Shown piece by piece: positions 26,296-39,208 of a stretch of DNA of 64,000 nt; the stretch's first letter is position 1; each line of letters starts with the position of its first letter. The position numbers and the translations under genes are program-made. Under the pieces are notes generated by a model, which saw only the letters and a list, made by a program, of their open reading frames with translations, ran no database searches and had not been told where the DNA came from. The DNA is from Vicugna vicugna (lineage: Eukaryota): assembly GCA_013265495.1 (NCBI GenBank), contig MU058059.1:3883502-3947501 (forward strand), given 5' to 3'.

Positions 26296-29200
26296 GTACG
26301 GCTGCTGCCTCGGGGGCCCCAGAGAGGGAGGGCACTGGGGGCACTGGGACAGGAGGGCTGGGGGCGACACAGCCCGGATCAGGGGCCTGGATGGGCCGCC
26401 ACTTTCTCTGTGATGCAGCTCCGTTTTCCTATTTGCTGAGGGTGGTGGTCCTGGCACACTCCCAAGGCTCCTTCTAGCTCTGAGCCTCTGGGAACCTCTT
26501 CTGTGATTCTGAGAGGAAAGCTTGCTTGCAGGCAAACGTGGAGATACGGTGACCGCGCTTGGGAGAGACACAAGCCCGGCAGGGGTCCCGGCCGGGGCCG
26601 GTGTGGGTGGGCAGCAGCAGTGCAGCGGGGGCCCTGGGGGACGTCCTGCCTGGTCTCCGCCACGGGCCTGCCAGGCAGACGTGATGACCACCCTCTTAGC
26701 GGGAGACAGGGGGCAGCTGAGGTTTGAGGGTGGTCCTGCCCAAGGTCACCACTGAGTGAGTTTCAGGGCTGGAACTTGAACCCAGACCTTTCCCAGACCC
26801 CATGCTTTTCCCATTGGACTAACTGAAACATGGAGTCGCCGAGACCACAGGGAGGACTGAGAGGGCAGGAAACAATTAAAACCTGATAATGTTCTGTTCT
26901 TGAATGCTAGTCCGGTAATTACACTCGGAGTTCACCCGGCATTTCCTTCCCACGGGCTGGGAGTCTGTGTCTGCACGAGATGTGACCGCTTCCACCGCAG
27001 AAATTGGGAAGGCGGAGCCTGGAGGGGCCGGGGCGGGGCAGGCGGCTTTCTCTGGAGTGTGTCCACCCCTCCACGCCACCCCCCCCCGCCGCTGTCAGAT
27101 CTGCTTTTCTAGAATCTTCTCTAGAACAGCAGCTCTCTCATTGCAGGGCTTGTCTGACTTTTGTTTGGTGGTTTCTTTGTTTTTAAAACATCTGTTTTCT
27201 TCTCTGTCCTTTGAGTGCGTTCAGACCTGGTGGAGAAACCTCCCAGGACTGCCCCTGCAGACCATTCGGTCTTCTTGTCGCTCACCAAGCGCTCCTGTGA
27301 TGATACTTGCCTTTATTCTGATTGTGGGGAGCCTGCTGAGTGGGCCGGCCTGGGAGGCTGTCTCCTCCGGATGCACCTCTCGGGGACGTCCCCCTGCCAC
27401 CATGGTGAGGTGACCCCCAGGGCCAGGTACGCTGTGTTGGGCCCAGGAAGTTCTAGGGGCACCAGGAGCACAGTGAGGCCAGGCCGCGGGGGAGAGGACA
27501 GCCCTCCTGCCACTTGAGAACCTAGAGGTCCCATGGGGTGAGGGCAGGTGGGAGGCCCCACCCAGTCCACGGGGACGCGGAGGCTCCAAGGTGAGACTGG
27601 GGCCAGGTGTCTGGGAATTGGAGGACCCGTGGGCTTCTGGCTCCATCAAGGGACCTCATCCAGAGCTGGCGTCGGACACTGCAGGGAGACAGCACATCTC
27701 TCGAAGGCGCAGGTGTGAGGAGGCAGCGGGAGGGTACGCTCCCCCTCTGAGCACAGTGGAGCCAACTTTATCTCCGGGGGTGGGAGGAAGGGTGGAGGAG
27801 TGTCAGGAGTGAAAGCCGTCTGCAGCCCAGCAGAAACCCCCCAGGAGCCAGAACCCGGGGGCCTCACCTGCACCTTTGTGAAGACGGCCCAGGAGCAGGG
27901 CCCTCCGGCGGACACGCCGGTGAGCAGGCCGGGCCGGGAAGGAGAGAAGAGGCGGGTGGAGGCCCCGCGGTCCCGGGACGGGGCGGCCAGTGAGCAGCCC
28001 GCACCTGCCGGCTCCCGCCCCGTTCCCGACCTGCTCTGCTCTCCATGCGTGACATCGGGTCCAGGTTCTGTGTCCTCGCCTGCAGACGCCCACATAGGCC
28101 CTTTGATCCTTGACCCCTACTTAAACTGGAAGAGGAGAGGATTAACCACGACACCTGCCTGTCCCGCCCCGTGTCCGCACCCTCCTCTCCACTGGGAGCT
28201 GGGGAAGGTGAATCGGGGTTCCATAGCTTGCAGCTCCACACGGTCCTCTCGCCCTCCCCCAGTCCTGTCCCTGCTCCAGTTGGCGGCCCTCACGAAACCC
28301 TGTCGTCAGCTGGGGGAGCTGGCCCACACTCTGGCTCCCGGAGGACGGAGGTCTTGGAAGTGAGTCATCACTCATGGGCTGGGGACTAGGGTGACAGGTG
28401 TCAGGCTGGCCTTAGGGTTTTCACCCACAACACAGTTGGAGTTGTGTTTTTTGACACAGTCAGATCAAGTGGAGAGAATGTGGCCTGTGGAGACGGGAGT
28501 CCAGGCCTCCGTGGGCATGAGTCATGGGGGGTGGCAGTGTTATAGGGCCTCCTGGGGCCTCGGTTTTTCTCTTCTGTAAACGGGGGACAGCATCAGAGTC
28601 AGCTGGTGAACAAGCCCTGGGCTGCCGGGCACCCGGGAAGGGCCGCTGGCCGTGGTCTAGGGCGAGCAGCTCTCTGGCTGGCGGCTCCCAGGGAAGGACC
28701 ACGGCTGCTGAGCGGCACCGAGTATTCGCAGTGTTGTTAAACCTTTCCTCCCGTTTTCTCTTCCTTCTGCGGCTGAGGCCGTGTGTGAACGTTTGCACAG
28801 ATTCATAAGAAGTAAACTCTGCAAACCCCAGGCCGCAGTCCCTCATTCTAGAAACATTCAGGATGAAGAACCGGGTCTTTTAGATGTTACCCAGGACGTA
28901 CTGCTTTTATTTAAAGGAAGGTGCGGGGGAGCATGGAGAGCGTGACACCACGTGTGAAGGTACAAGCAAGAGGCAAGCTGCCCACGGGGCCGGTATCCTG
29001 TGCTGGGGCAGCTGGGCCGCTGAGGAGGGCGTGTGTGGCTGGGGGCACACTGGTCACTGCAAACCTTTTCGGACCTGCTGAGATTTGCCCCGGGACCTTA
29101 TCCTGCCTACACACAGTCACCACTCTCAGTTAAAACCAGTTCAGCAAAGGCCGGCCTCGGAGGCTGGGAGGAGGGCTGTGGCCGCAGAGGAAGGCGGTGG

Positions 29201-29493
29201 CGGGGCGGGGCGGGGCGGTTGCCGGCCGGCATCCAGGGCCTGGCCCGTGTGGCGCTGGGAGCTGAAAGGGCCCTTCTTCTGCTGTTGTCCCTGGCGCATG
29301 CATCTTGGCCTGCGGCGCGCGAGTCGTCAGGAAGTTTGTCGATCCTGCCCTAGGACAGCAAGGAGAAGGAATAAATGGACTGGGCCGTGGGCACCTCTCC
29401 TTAGCCCCAGGTGCTCCCTGCCTGCCGGGCTGCCCAGCAAGGCCCGCCGACCCACTGGGAGGGAGGGGCCCAGGCGCGTCCCTGTCGGCAAGC

Positions 29494-29508
29494 NNNNNNN
29501 NNNNNNNN
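29494..29508. other. Assembly gap (15 N)
   Basis: A run of n adjacent to a poly-C tract in a GC-rich segment. Confidence 0.99.
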
Positions 29509-32500
29509 CCCCCCCGCCGAACTCCTCGCCTTCTCTAATCATCGGTCCATAGAGACCTGGCTGAAAATTAGTTTAAACACTAAATTAGTTTAAAACCCCT
29601 CCTCTCAGCCCCTCTGGAAACGAGACACCGTGTAAAAACAGAAACTTTAAATCGAGTTGTTTTTCTAAGCTTCGAGCAGCTTTGCTGTGAGGCCCGGAGC
29701 GCTGGAAGGCTCAGGTGTGCCAGGAGGTTCTTTCGGATGCGGCTGGCTGCTCTTCCCTAGAAAACAATCAAGGCCCCCCTCAGTCTCCCTGAAAGAAGAC
29801 GCTCTGCTCAAATCGAGTCAACATCAGGACAACTGCTGCCCTCTGCCCGGATTCCCGTGCCGTGGAATCCGCCAGGAGGTGCCATCTTTCCTGGGAGCCA
29901 TCCGTGGTAACTAGGAGCCAGCGATGGCTGGGGAGCCGGACCAGACTTACAAGCAGACGGAACTGGCCTTTGTCCAAAACCCTGCACTGACTAGGCCACA
30001 GGTCAAAGTCAGAGGGGTCGCCTGAAAACCACGCAGCTCTCCCCAAACCCCGGGTCTGGAATATTCTGCCCGGAATGCTCTGGCGGCAGGGCTGCCCGTC
30101 GGAGGAAGGAGGGCAGCAGCGTGTTCGGGGGACGCCCGAGCACCAGAGGAGGTGCTGTCTCTGCTCAGTTCTTGGAGGCCTTTGGGCTGGGGCAGCCCTT
30201 TGCTGGTGAAGGGTTTTCCTCTCCAGCCTCTTCAGGGTGTGGAAGATGTTTCGACGTCGTGACGTCAAGGGACTTTGGACCACATGGCCGTGGACAGCGG
30301 ACTCCAGGCGGGTCTGCAGCAGAGGGGTCCCTCCTCAGGCACATGGCGGAGTGGGTGCTCGTGGAGGAACCCGTGTCCCCACTCTTGCCACCAGTACAGG
30401 AAAAGGAGGGGTGTTTGCAGAGGTGATGGGGTCCAGAGGTGGCAGAGGACCGGGGCATTCAGGGAGTCATGGCCTCAGCAGCGTCTGGAACCCGCCTTAC
30501 TAAGGTGGGGACGGCGAGGACACCACCTACAGGAGCCCGGGACCTCCCGAGTGTGCACCGTGAGGCAGCCCTGCACCCGGCGTGCGGACGCTGTGTTTGG
30601 GTCAGGACGGGATGTGTCCCGACAGCCATGCTGCACAGCTCCTTACGCCCGCCGTCACCGCAGAGACACTCGTGATAGTTCATGAGCCCTGAGTGCAGGG
30701 TTGCTGTGCGTGAGGAGGCAGCAGACGGGGAAGCGCTTGTTGTCAGGGGCAGTGCGAGGGGTAACCATTTCACCCCTTAAAAGGCCAGACAGCAGAGAGG
30801 ACAGAACGAATGCCTGGGTGGGCATGAGGTCACCCGTCTGTGCCCAGTCGTCCTGTGCAGACTTGTTGGCCGAGCGCCGTGGGGAGGCGGGAGGGGGAGA
30901 AGGCGGCCAGACCTGGGGGGAGGGCACTGCTTTTTCAGCAGATTTGACCTTGAAAATGAGTCGACTTCAGCATTTAAATGAGCTGCAAGTAGTAAGAGTG
31001 GAAGAAACAAGCAAAACTCCTTTCGGGTTTTCTCCTGACTCCATTCTTGGCCGTTTGTGTTCAAGAACCGTCTTCTTGGGGTCCTCTTCAAACAGCTGTC
31101 CGCGGTGTGCGTGGATCATAAGGTGGAGGCAGGGTTACCTTCCGTGTGACTTACGGATATTTCCTAAAACAGGAAAGGCCTTTGTGAGCTAACTTTTCAG
31201 ATGCTAAAATCCCTAGAAAACCCATTCCTAGGAGATGCCGTGTTGCCCGGGGTCCCCCTTCTTACCTCCAGGACGTTGTGTTCAGGCGATTCTGCTCCCG
31301 GAGGCGTCCAGCAGGCAAGGGCAGGACCCGGGGGTCAGTGGCACCCGCCTCTCTCATCCCCCACAGTCCTTGCGGCCCAGGCCCCTTTCGGGTAACCCGC
31401 TGTGGGCTGGGGCTGCTGTGCAGCATCTTGGGAGGCTGGGTCCCCCTGCCCTCAGCACCTGTGCCCACTCCTGGCAGATGGTGACCAGACTGAGCGGGGT
31501 CGGAGCACTGCTGTGTGCTCACGTCATCGCTGACCCCGCCTGCCAGGAGCAGGTGCCAGACCGCAGGCCAGACAGGCCGCCCACCTCCAGTGGTGGCCCT
31601 GGAGCTTCAGGTAGAGACACCCAACACGTGCGGCCTCGGCCATCCCCCCCCTTCCTGCTGAAAGCGGAATCGTTACGACCCCTTGAGGGGGACCAGGTGA
31701 ACCCGCACTCAGCCTCCTGGGTCCCAGATCTGAAGGGGCCCCGAGAGGCCACTGCCCCGGGCGGGCAGCTCTGAGCCGGCCTGCCCAGTTACTGCTGTTA
31801 CGTATCCAAGGACAACTTTCTATCCGTCCAGCAGTCATGAGCCTTCACACGCTCCGCTAGGTGTCATGGGAAATGGGAAAGGGGAGGGCACTGGTCTTGG
31901 TCCCAGAGAGCCTGCAGAGCCAGGAAGGACGTCCATGTGTGCAGAGACGACACCTACAGTTGCTGGGGGCTGCACGTGTGCACACGACTTCCAGCAGCAC
32001 TCGCTGGCCTTGGAGGTTTCTACCTGAGAAGCGTTTCTCCGCAGCACAACTCTAGCAAGGGAAGTTTTCCATCATCTATTCCCTTTTCTCCTCCTCCTTG
32101 AACAAAACATGTGGCCCAAGGAATGTTTTATTCAGCTGCTTCTCTAGCTGATTTATTCACAGCAAGATCACGTTGGGGAATTCCTTCTATTCCAGGAAGA
32201 CGCTGGAAACAAGTGGATCCCATCAGCAGATCTTGTTGACAGACCAGCTCTCCAGAAATGAATTTGGCAGGGGACGGGCAACGCCTGGAGAGGCCTGCCA
32301 GTCATCAGCCAGAGAGGACCTTCTCCGGGGACCAGAGTCCTTGATGTGTGTTCTTTGCAGACCTCGATGGAAGGGGTGGCCCAGGGCACGCAGCGAGCTC
32401 CACACCGAGTCCTGTCCCAATTCTACTTTGGGCCCTGGAGTCATCTCAACCATGCTCTTCTGTCCCTCTGTGCGTGAGGAGGTGGTGTACTGGGACCTCC

Positions 32501-33294
32501 TCAGAGTCAGCGCCCTGTGTGCTGTTGTTTACCTGTTGCCGGGGCTGGGCAGGGTGGGCAGAACCTCTCTCTGCCTAAAACGTTGCTCACTTGTAAAATC
32601 TGAGGTTGATTTTTCATTTTTAGAATAAGCTTGGTTTCCTTCTTAAGCGATTAATTGTATAGCCCCCTGCCCCCGGGATGAAAGCTGTCTGTCGTTGGTG
32701 TAGAGCCTCAGCGTGGATCACATTCTGGGCCCTCTGCTTTAGCCTTCAGCTCTTGTGTGTGCAGAAACCCAGGCGTTAAGAGAGCCTTTCTGAGTGAGAC
32801 GCAGCGGAGGGAGCCACGCGGAGCCTGGCGGGAGAGCCTGAGCAAGGGAGAGCCTCAGTGGGAACTGTGGGTCAGAGCGTGGCCCAGACAAGAGTACCTT
32901 CAGGAAGCAAATGAGACGTTCTGGTGCCAGCCACTCTTCATGTTGACAGTCCTCTCCCGGTAGTAACTGGGAGAGGCTGCTGTTTAAGAAAACCATCTTG
33001 GGAAGGAGAAACTTGAGAGCAAATACCGTGCTCAGCCTTCATTTGGGCTTCCTCATGCTTGTTCCTAAAGGTCTTTTGGTTTTTATTCAAGCCAAGGATG
33101 GTGGTAATTAAGAGTGCAAATTAGATTTTTTTTTAAAAATCTGTCCAGAAAACAGAGGTGTCCCCATTATCCAGCTATGGTAAAAACTGTCCCCTTTTTG
33201 ACAGTATCCACAGAGAAGCCAGAAATCCCTCACTCACTTATGACATCTTTGTTTCCTTAGTGCCAGCTAAAGGTTGTTTAAAACAGCAAGTAGT

Positions 33295-34155
33295 CAACTC
33301 AGCAACAAGAAGAACTAAAAAAAAAAATTAAAAATGGGCGAAGGACTTGAATAGACAGTTCTCCAAAGAAGACGTAAAAATAGCCCACGAGCACATGGCA
33401 AGATGCTGACCGTTCCTGATCAGTAGGGAACTGTGAGACAGAACCGCAGTGGGGGCCACATCACACCCACTCGGATGGCTGTTGTCAGAGGGAGACACAG
33501 CTGTTGGTGGGGATGTGGAGAAATGGAACCCTCGTGTTCTGCTGCTGAGCAGGTGAATGGTGCAGCTCTGTGGGAAATAACACGGCGGCTCCTCCAGCAG
33601 TTGAAGACAGAATTACCTTATGACCCAGCGACTCCACTTGTGGATACACACCGAAAAGAGTTGAAAGCAGGGTCTCAAAGAGATTGTGCACCCATGCTCA
33701 CGGAAGCATTATTCACAACAGCCAAAAAGTGACAGCAACCAGGTGCCCGCTGATGGACAAATAAACCGCAGTCTGTCCACACAGCGCAGTCCTCTTCAGC
33801 CTTGGAAAGGAGGGCAGTTCTGGCAACTGCTGCAGCTCGGATGAACTCCGAGGACACTGAAAGGTGAAGTGAGCCAGACACAGGAAGGACAAATACTGAG
33901 TGGCTCCACTTACAGGAGGTCCCTAGAGGAGTCAGATTCGTAGACAAAGTGGAGTGCAGGTTGCCAAGGGCCAGGCTGGGGGCCAGTCGACAGTCGTATT
34001 GACAGGGACGGAGCCGCAGTTTGGGAAGATGAGTGAGTCCCGGAGGGGGTGGCGGTGATGGCCTCGCAGCACGTGAGTGTGCTTAGTGCCTGAGCCGTGC
34101 GCTGAGAATGCTGGAGGTGGTAACTTCTTTGTCGTGGATGTTCTGCCACAACGAA
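33295..34155 (+). mobile_element. Old mammalian L1 (L1M-type) 3' fragment
   Basis: aaaatgggcgaaggacttgaatagacagttctccaaagaagac, decayed ORF2 peptides (CWWGCGEMEP, LKTELPYDPATP) and an L1M-like 3' UTR. Boundaries are approximate. Confidence 0.85.
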
Positions 34156-36519
34156 GGAACGTTAAGTCAAGAAACGTGACTCGTTTAGGAATCTGGCAAG
34201 ACCAGTACCCAAGGGCAAGCTTCCCTCCCCTCCCTCCCTCCCTAAATCTTTGCGCGACCTACAGGTGATGCGTCTCCCCGCAGCTGCCCGGCCTGCTCTC
34301 TCTGCTGCAGATCAGAGACACTCGAGTAGAGCAGGACCAGCACTCTCCTGCGGTGACCGCAGTTCAGCCAGGCCCTCATCTTAGAGCGGAGGATCCTGCC
34401 CCTTCGTCCTTACAAAAAGCTCAAAGTGCTACCGTGCTGGGCGTGGAATGGCCTGGGCCCGACAGCAGTGTCCCCTCTGCGCCAAGTCTCTTCCTTCTCT
34501 GAAGAGCAGTTGATCCCTGGGTTGTCCCAGCAGCGAACCAAGACCCCTTACTCCCTCCCCGCCCACCCAAGCTTTCTGGGCAGTTCCTGAGTTGATAATG
34601 GTATTGGAGAAAGCAGATCTTTCCAGGGATTAAGGTTCATGTCTTCCGAGAATGGCCGGAAAGGAAAGTGGTCCCGGTGGTTGTTTTTCAATTCACAAAC
34701 CACAGATAGCAAACCGAGTTGTGCGGAATGGGAGGAAGGGGGTGGAGGCTGGGTTGGTGGGAGGGTACCAGAAGAGCTTGTGGTCTGTGTAGGATCTGCT
34801 CAGCAGGCAGGGGTTGCGGGGAGCAGTCAGCAGGCTGCCAGCTGGTGAGCTCCCAGGGGAGGTCCCTCCTCTGGGGGATGTGGGAAGCTGCCTGGCCTGT
34901 GTTCTTAGAGGGGTCTCTCTTTCCAAGGCTGTCTCCTGCAGCACTTGATGTGCTTGTTAACAGGCACTGGCACCAGAACCCCCCCCCCCACTACCTTGCC
35001 CCACTGTCCTTTCTGTGAAATCTCAGACTTGAGTACTGGGCTGGTTTCACTCAGACCATGTGGCGCCGGAGCAGGGGAGTAGGGACAGCAGGTACGGTTT
35101 GATCAAGGTGCTGATCATGATGATGCTAGCTAGCCATTAAGGGGCTGCCTCCTGGGGGCAGGAGCTAATATGATGTTACTAGCATCATATGAACTATCCA
35201 TCCCAGACTCTGAGTACTAGAATTCCCTTTTAGGTAAAAAATTCGGAAACTTCACCTTGTAGTAGTTTACAAGAAAACAAACTATGGCAAAATTACTGAA
35301 TTCTATGATGCTCTCTTTTCATTGAATTTGTGTTTTATTCATCCTGACGTGCACTTGACAGACAGTGGCACGTATAGCAGGGGACGTTCCGTGTGTCCAG
35401 TCTTCCCTCCAAGGGCCGTGCAAATGTACGCCCTCACTCTGAGACGGCCTCTGCGCGGTGATTCTGGGGGCGCTGAGTGGACCCGCCATAATCTGCTGCT
35501 CGTGTCTTAGCTCTTATGCAGGTGTAATGCCCGATTTATGCACAGGGACATTGACGCCAAGAGAGGGGTGACTTGCCCAGGTCAGCAGTGGCTCAGCCCC
35601 AGCCAGAGCCATCTCTCTCTGCGCAGGTGAGCACGGCCCTGGTGGCTGTGTGCCTGAGTCCTTCCCGGCCGATCCTCGCTGTAGCTTGCAGCACTCTGCT
35701 GACCATAGGCTGCAGGCTGGTTTCCGCCGTGTGTCCCAAGAGGCCTTTGTAGGAAACCGTCAGCCAAGAAGCGAATGGGAACTCAGGGCAGTGAGACCCC
35801 CACCTTCATCTCTCTGCGCTGCTCCTCCAGTCTCGCGTCTGCAAGCCACAAACCTCCCCCTCTCCCCTAAACCACAGCCCTCAGCTCACCTGACGAGCAC
35901 GGGGAAGCCTGCGAGTGGGCGCTGAGCTGTCCTTGCAGGGGAGTGTGGAGGTAGGCGTGGGGAGCCCTGTTCCCTGCTGTGCTCTCCGCCCTCCCAGGTG
36001 GCCTGGCCTTTAACCCAAGACCCACCGTGCCGGCCTCGTGCTGAGTCAGTGCCCTGAGTAACTGCCTGTCAGTCCCTGTCCGCAGGCCTGGAGCTGTGCA
36101 TGGTGGACCCCGGCAGGGACACAGGGCCAGGGTCGCCCTCCCACTCCAGTGCCACTCCTATTTGTGTGGCCTCCTTGTGTGCCAGTGTCTAGATTTTCTA
36201 GGTCGCCTTTGTCCTGGGGTCTCAGTTAGGGTTAGTAAAGCAGACCCCGCCAGAGCCTCACTCCTGAAAGTCAGGGTTGCCGCCCTCTTGCACAAGTACA
36301 GCTTCAGGCTGTAAAGCCAGAGCCAGCTAAGAGCCCGTGAGCCGTGTGAGCCCAGCCCCGCAGACACAGCCGGACGTCTGCTCGCCCTCTGCGGGGCCGT
36401 GTCCTTCCTGCCTCCTTTGCAGGGACACCCACTGTCCTCAGACAGCCCCCTCGTCACCCCCAGCAACTGGCAGGTGTCCTTTCTCTGCCTGTTGTGTGTA
36501 TCATAATTATGTTTAATGA

Positions 36520-37175
36520 AAAATCTCATTGTGCTAAAATACCTGTAACAGAATTTACCGTCTTAACTGGTTTTAGGTCTCACGCAGGGACGTTCAGTCC
36601 ACTCACTGTTGCGGGACTGTCGTTTCCATCCACCCACAGAAGTCCGTGCACCCCCGCCCCAGCCCAGGTGGCATCTGGTCTGCTTTTGTTGCTGTAAACG
36701 TGACTGGCCTGTGTCCCGCATATAAGTGGAGTCACACAGTATTCTTCCTTCTGTGTCTGGCTCATGTCACTGAGCACAACAGCCTCCAGGTGCATCTGTG
36801 TTGTCACACGTGGCAGAATGTCCTTCCTTTTTAAGGCTGAATAATATTCCATTGTATGGATGGACTGCATCGTGTTTCTCCATTCAGCCGTTGCTGTATG
36901 TTGGGTTGTTTCCATCTCTTGGCTACTGTTCATAATGTTGCCATGAACTTGGGTGGACAGAGCTCTCTGTGGGGCCCTGGCTGCAGTTCTTTGGGGCACA
37001 GACCAGAAGTGGGATCGCTGGGTGGCAAGGTAATTGTCTTCCACAGCAGCTGCACCCTGTTACATTCCCAGTGGCAGTGCCCAAGGGTTCCAGTTTCTCC
37101 ACAGCCTCGCCAATGCTCCTATTTTGGGGGGTTTTTTGGGATGGTAGCCATCCTTAGGGGTGTGAGGTGATACCA
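36520..37175 (-). mobile_element. Old L1M-type 3' fragment
   Basis: Minus-strand peptide HTMEYYSALKRKDIL and the typical tttaaggctgaataatattccattgta segment. Confidence 0.85.
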
Positions 37176-37451
37176 GCCTTCTTTTTGAAATCAAGTGTCC
37201 AGGACGTGTGACCTGAAACTGCGACAGGGTTCTGAAGGGAGCCCGTATCACAGCTGAGATGTCTAGGCCCGTCTCTCCCCTCAGCCAGGCCCACGTGTGC
37301 ACTTGTGCGCACACACCAGCCCACATGCGCCCGCAGCGCCGGGTGACGGGACGGTGCCAGGGGCTGGGTCACCCCTCTGCCGTGTCCCGGGGCAGCGTGT
37401 GTCCATGGCCCTGATGGAGACCGTGTCCCTGTGCTTGTGTCTCGGCTCTAG

Positions 37452-37773
37452 CACCACGACCACGCCTGCATGGCCTGCCGCATCATCCACCGCTCGGACG
37501 AGCACCGGCCACCCCTCCTGCCCCCCAAGGCTGAGCTGACGGTCGGCCTGCATGGCGAGTGGGTGAGCCAGCGCTGCGAGGTGCGGCCCGAGGTCCTCTT
37601 CCTCACGCGCCACTTCATCTTCCACGACAACAACCACACCTGGGAGGGCCACTACTACCACTACTCCGACCCCGTGTGCAAGCACCCCACCTTCAGCATC
37701 TACGCCAAGGGCCGCTACAGCCGGGGTGTGCACTCCGCCCGGGTCATGGGCGGCACGGAGTTCGTGTTCAAAG
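37452..37773 (+). CDS. APCDD1: APCDD1 coding exon 4, 322 nt (start of the second repeat domain)
   Basis: Acceptor ctcggctctag|, donor AAAG|gtaggg. Encodes [21 protein letters not shown]...[21 protein letters not shown]...GGTEFVFK (track ORF 37470..38033). Confidence 0.96.
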
Positions 37774-37994
37774 GTAGGGCTCCTGCCCGCGCCCTGCGCC
37801 CTGCCGCACCCCGAGGTCAGGGCCCGCCGGAGGGCCGGCAGCGGCCTGGGGACGCGGAGCCTGCGGGAAAGGGCGTCTTCTCTGCTAGGGCTGCTGGGAG
37901 GGGCTCGGGAGCACTCCCGCCCCCAGGGTGCCGGTCACCGGCCTCTGCGCCCTCGCTGCTCCGGCCGGGCCAGCCGGGGCCGGGCCAGCTGAGT

Positions 37995-38082
37995 AATTTG
38001 TTTTCTTTTTTGTTTGCTGCTGTTAAGTTGTAAGAGTTCCTTGTATATTTTGGACGTCAGCCCTTCCAGACATAGGATTCAC
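37995..38082 (-). mobile_element. Short L1M ORF2 fragment
   Basis: gttaagttgtaagagttccttgtatattttgga...cccttccagacata resembles the antisense L1 ORF2 segment as recalled. Confidence 0.6.
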
Positions 38083-39208
38083 ACTTGGCCTTGGGCTGGG
38101 GTGCCAGGAGCCCACCCTCTCCGTGGTGTCCGGCATGGCCAAGGAGACACTCCGGGGAGGGAACCAAGTCTGCGTTGTTTCCTTCTCTGCGCGCAGCTCC
38201 TGGGGATGCCGAGCCGCCCAGCTGGCACCACGCTCGCTCGCTGCGCAGGTGCCCTCCCGAGCGGCGGTAGTGACAGCTCAGGTGCTCAGAGCTTGTCACC
38301 CCAACCCGCGCTCATCGTGGCCTGGGGAAGGTGTCACGTGCTTGCCAGTGGGTGGTCGGGACGCGTCACGCTCACCTAAGTGAGGCAGGTAATGGGTGAG
38401 ATTCTCCAGGCCGCTGTCAGCAGAGAGCTCTTGTGGTCTCTAATTTTAGAACTTCTTTTAAGCTTGCACATCTTTTCAAGAAGGTGCCAACCTTGTCATG
38501 GACCAATAAAGAGGGCTGGCCTGGAAACAGGCGTGGCCTTCCGGGACAGCATCCTACGGTCAGGTCCACTTAGGAGAAGGTATTTCTGCCAAACCAGATA
38601 AGTCCTAGGGCATCTCCGCTCCCCTTAGGAGGAAGATTGGCTCCAGGGAGAAAGGGCCTTGGGTAGATGGAACCCAGAGAACGAGCACCTTGGTCTGAGC
38701 CCGCCCAGAGCTCTCACGTGTACACAGAATGTGGTCCCCTAGGAGGGCCTCCAGAGTGGCCCCCTGCGAGGACTGGGATTTCCACCTAAAACATTTAAGC
38801 ATATTTTTCTTGTAAATTAGCTTGCAACCTAGTTTATTGTAGTTGCCCGACTTACGGCCCAGTATTAACTTGCCAGGTTGCTCATTAGTATAGGCGTTTG
38901 ATACCAAAACTATTTAAAAACCTGTTCATAAAAACAAATTCCAGTTTTTGTGGACTGTTTTGTCAATCCCACAAAGCTGGGGCCACCAGAGACAACTCCC
39001 TGGGGACAGTTGGAGCTCATAGTGACAGGCACGGTCAGCCACGGTCTGGGCTTCCCACTGACAGCCAGGCGTGGACTTCCTAGTGGCCCCTGCAGCACCC
39101 TTGGTGTGGTCACCGCTCACGTCCACACCGTCTTCCCGGGCCGGGGTCCGTCGGGTCGGTCTGCAGGGTGGGCTGCCCGGTCACGGACCTGTGCTCTCTC
39201 CTCGGCAG

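Noticed and set aside
25552..26691. 379-aa minus-strand ORF
   Set aside because: Antisense shadow of GC3-rich exon 3, with low-complexity flanks and no independent gene signals.
38950..39208. Open frame continuing upstream of exon 5
   Set aside because: Intronic. The canonical acceptor at 39207-39208 gives the correct phase, and the upstream peptide is not APCDD1-like.
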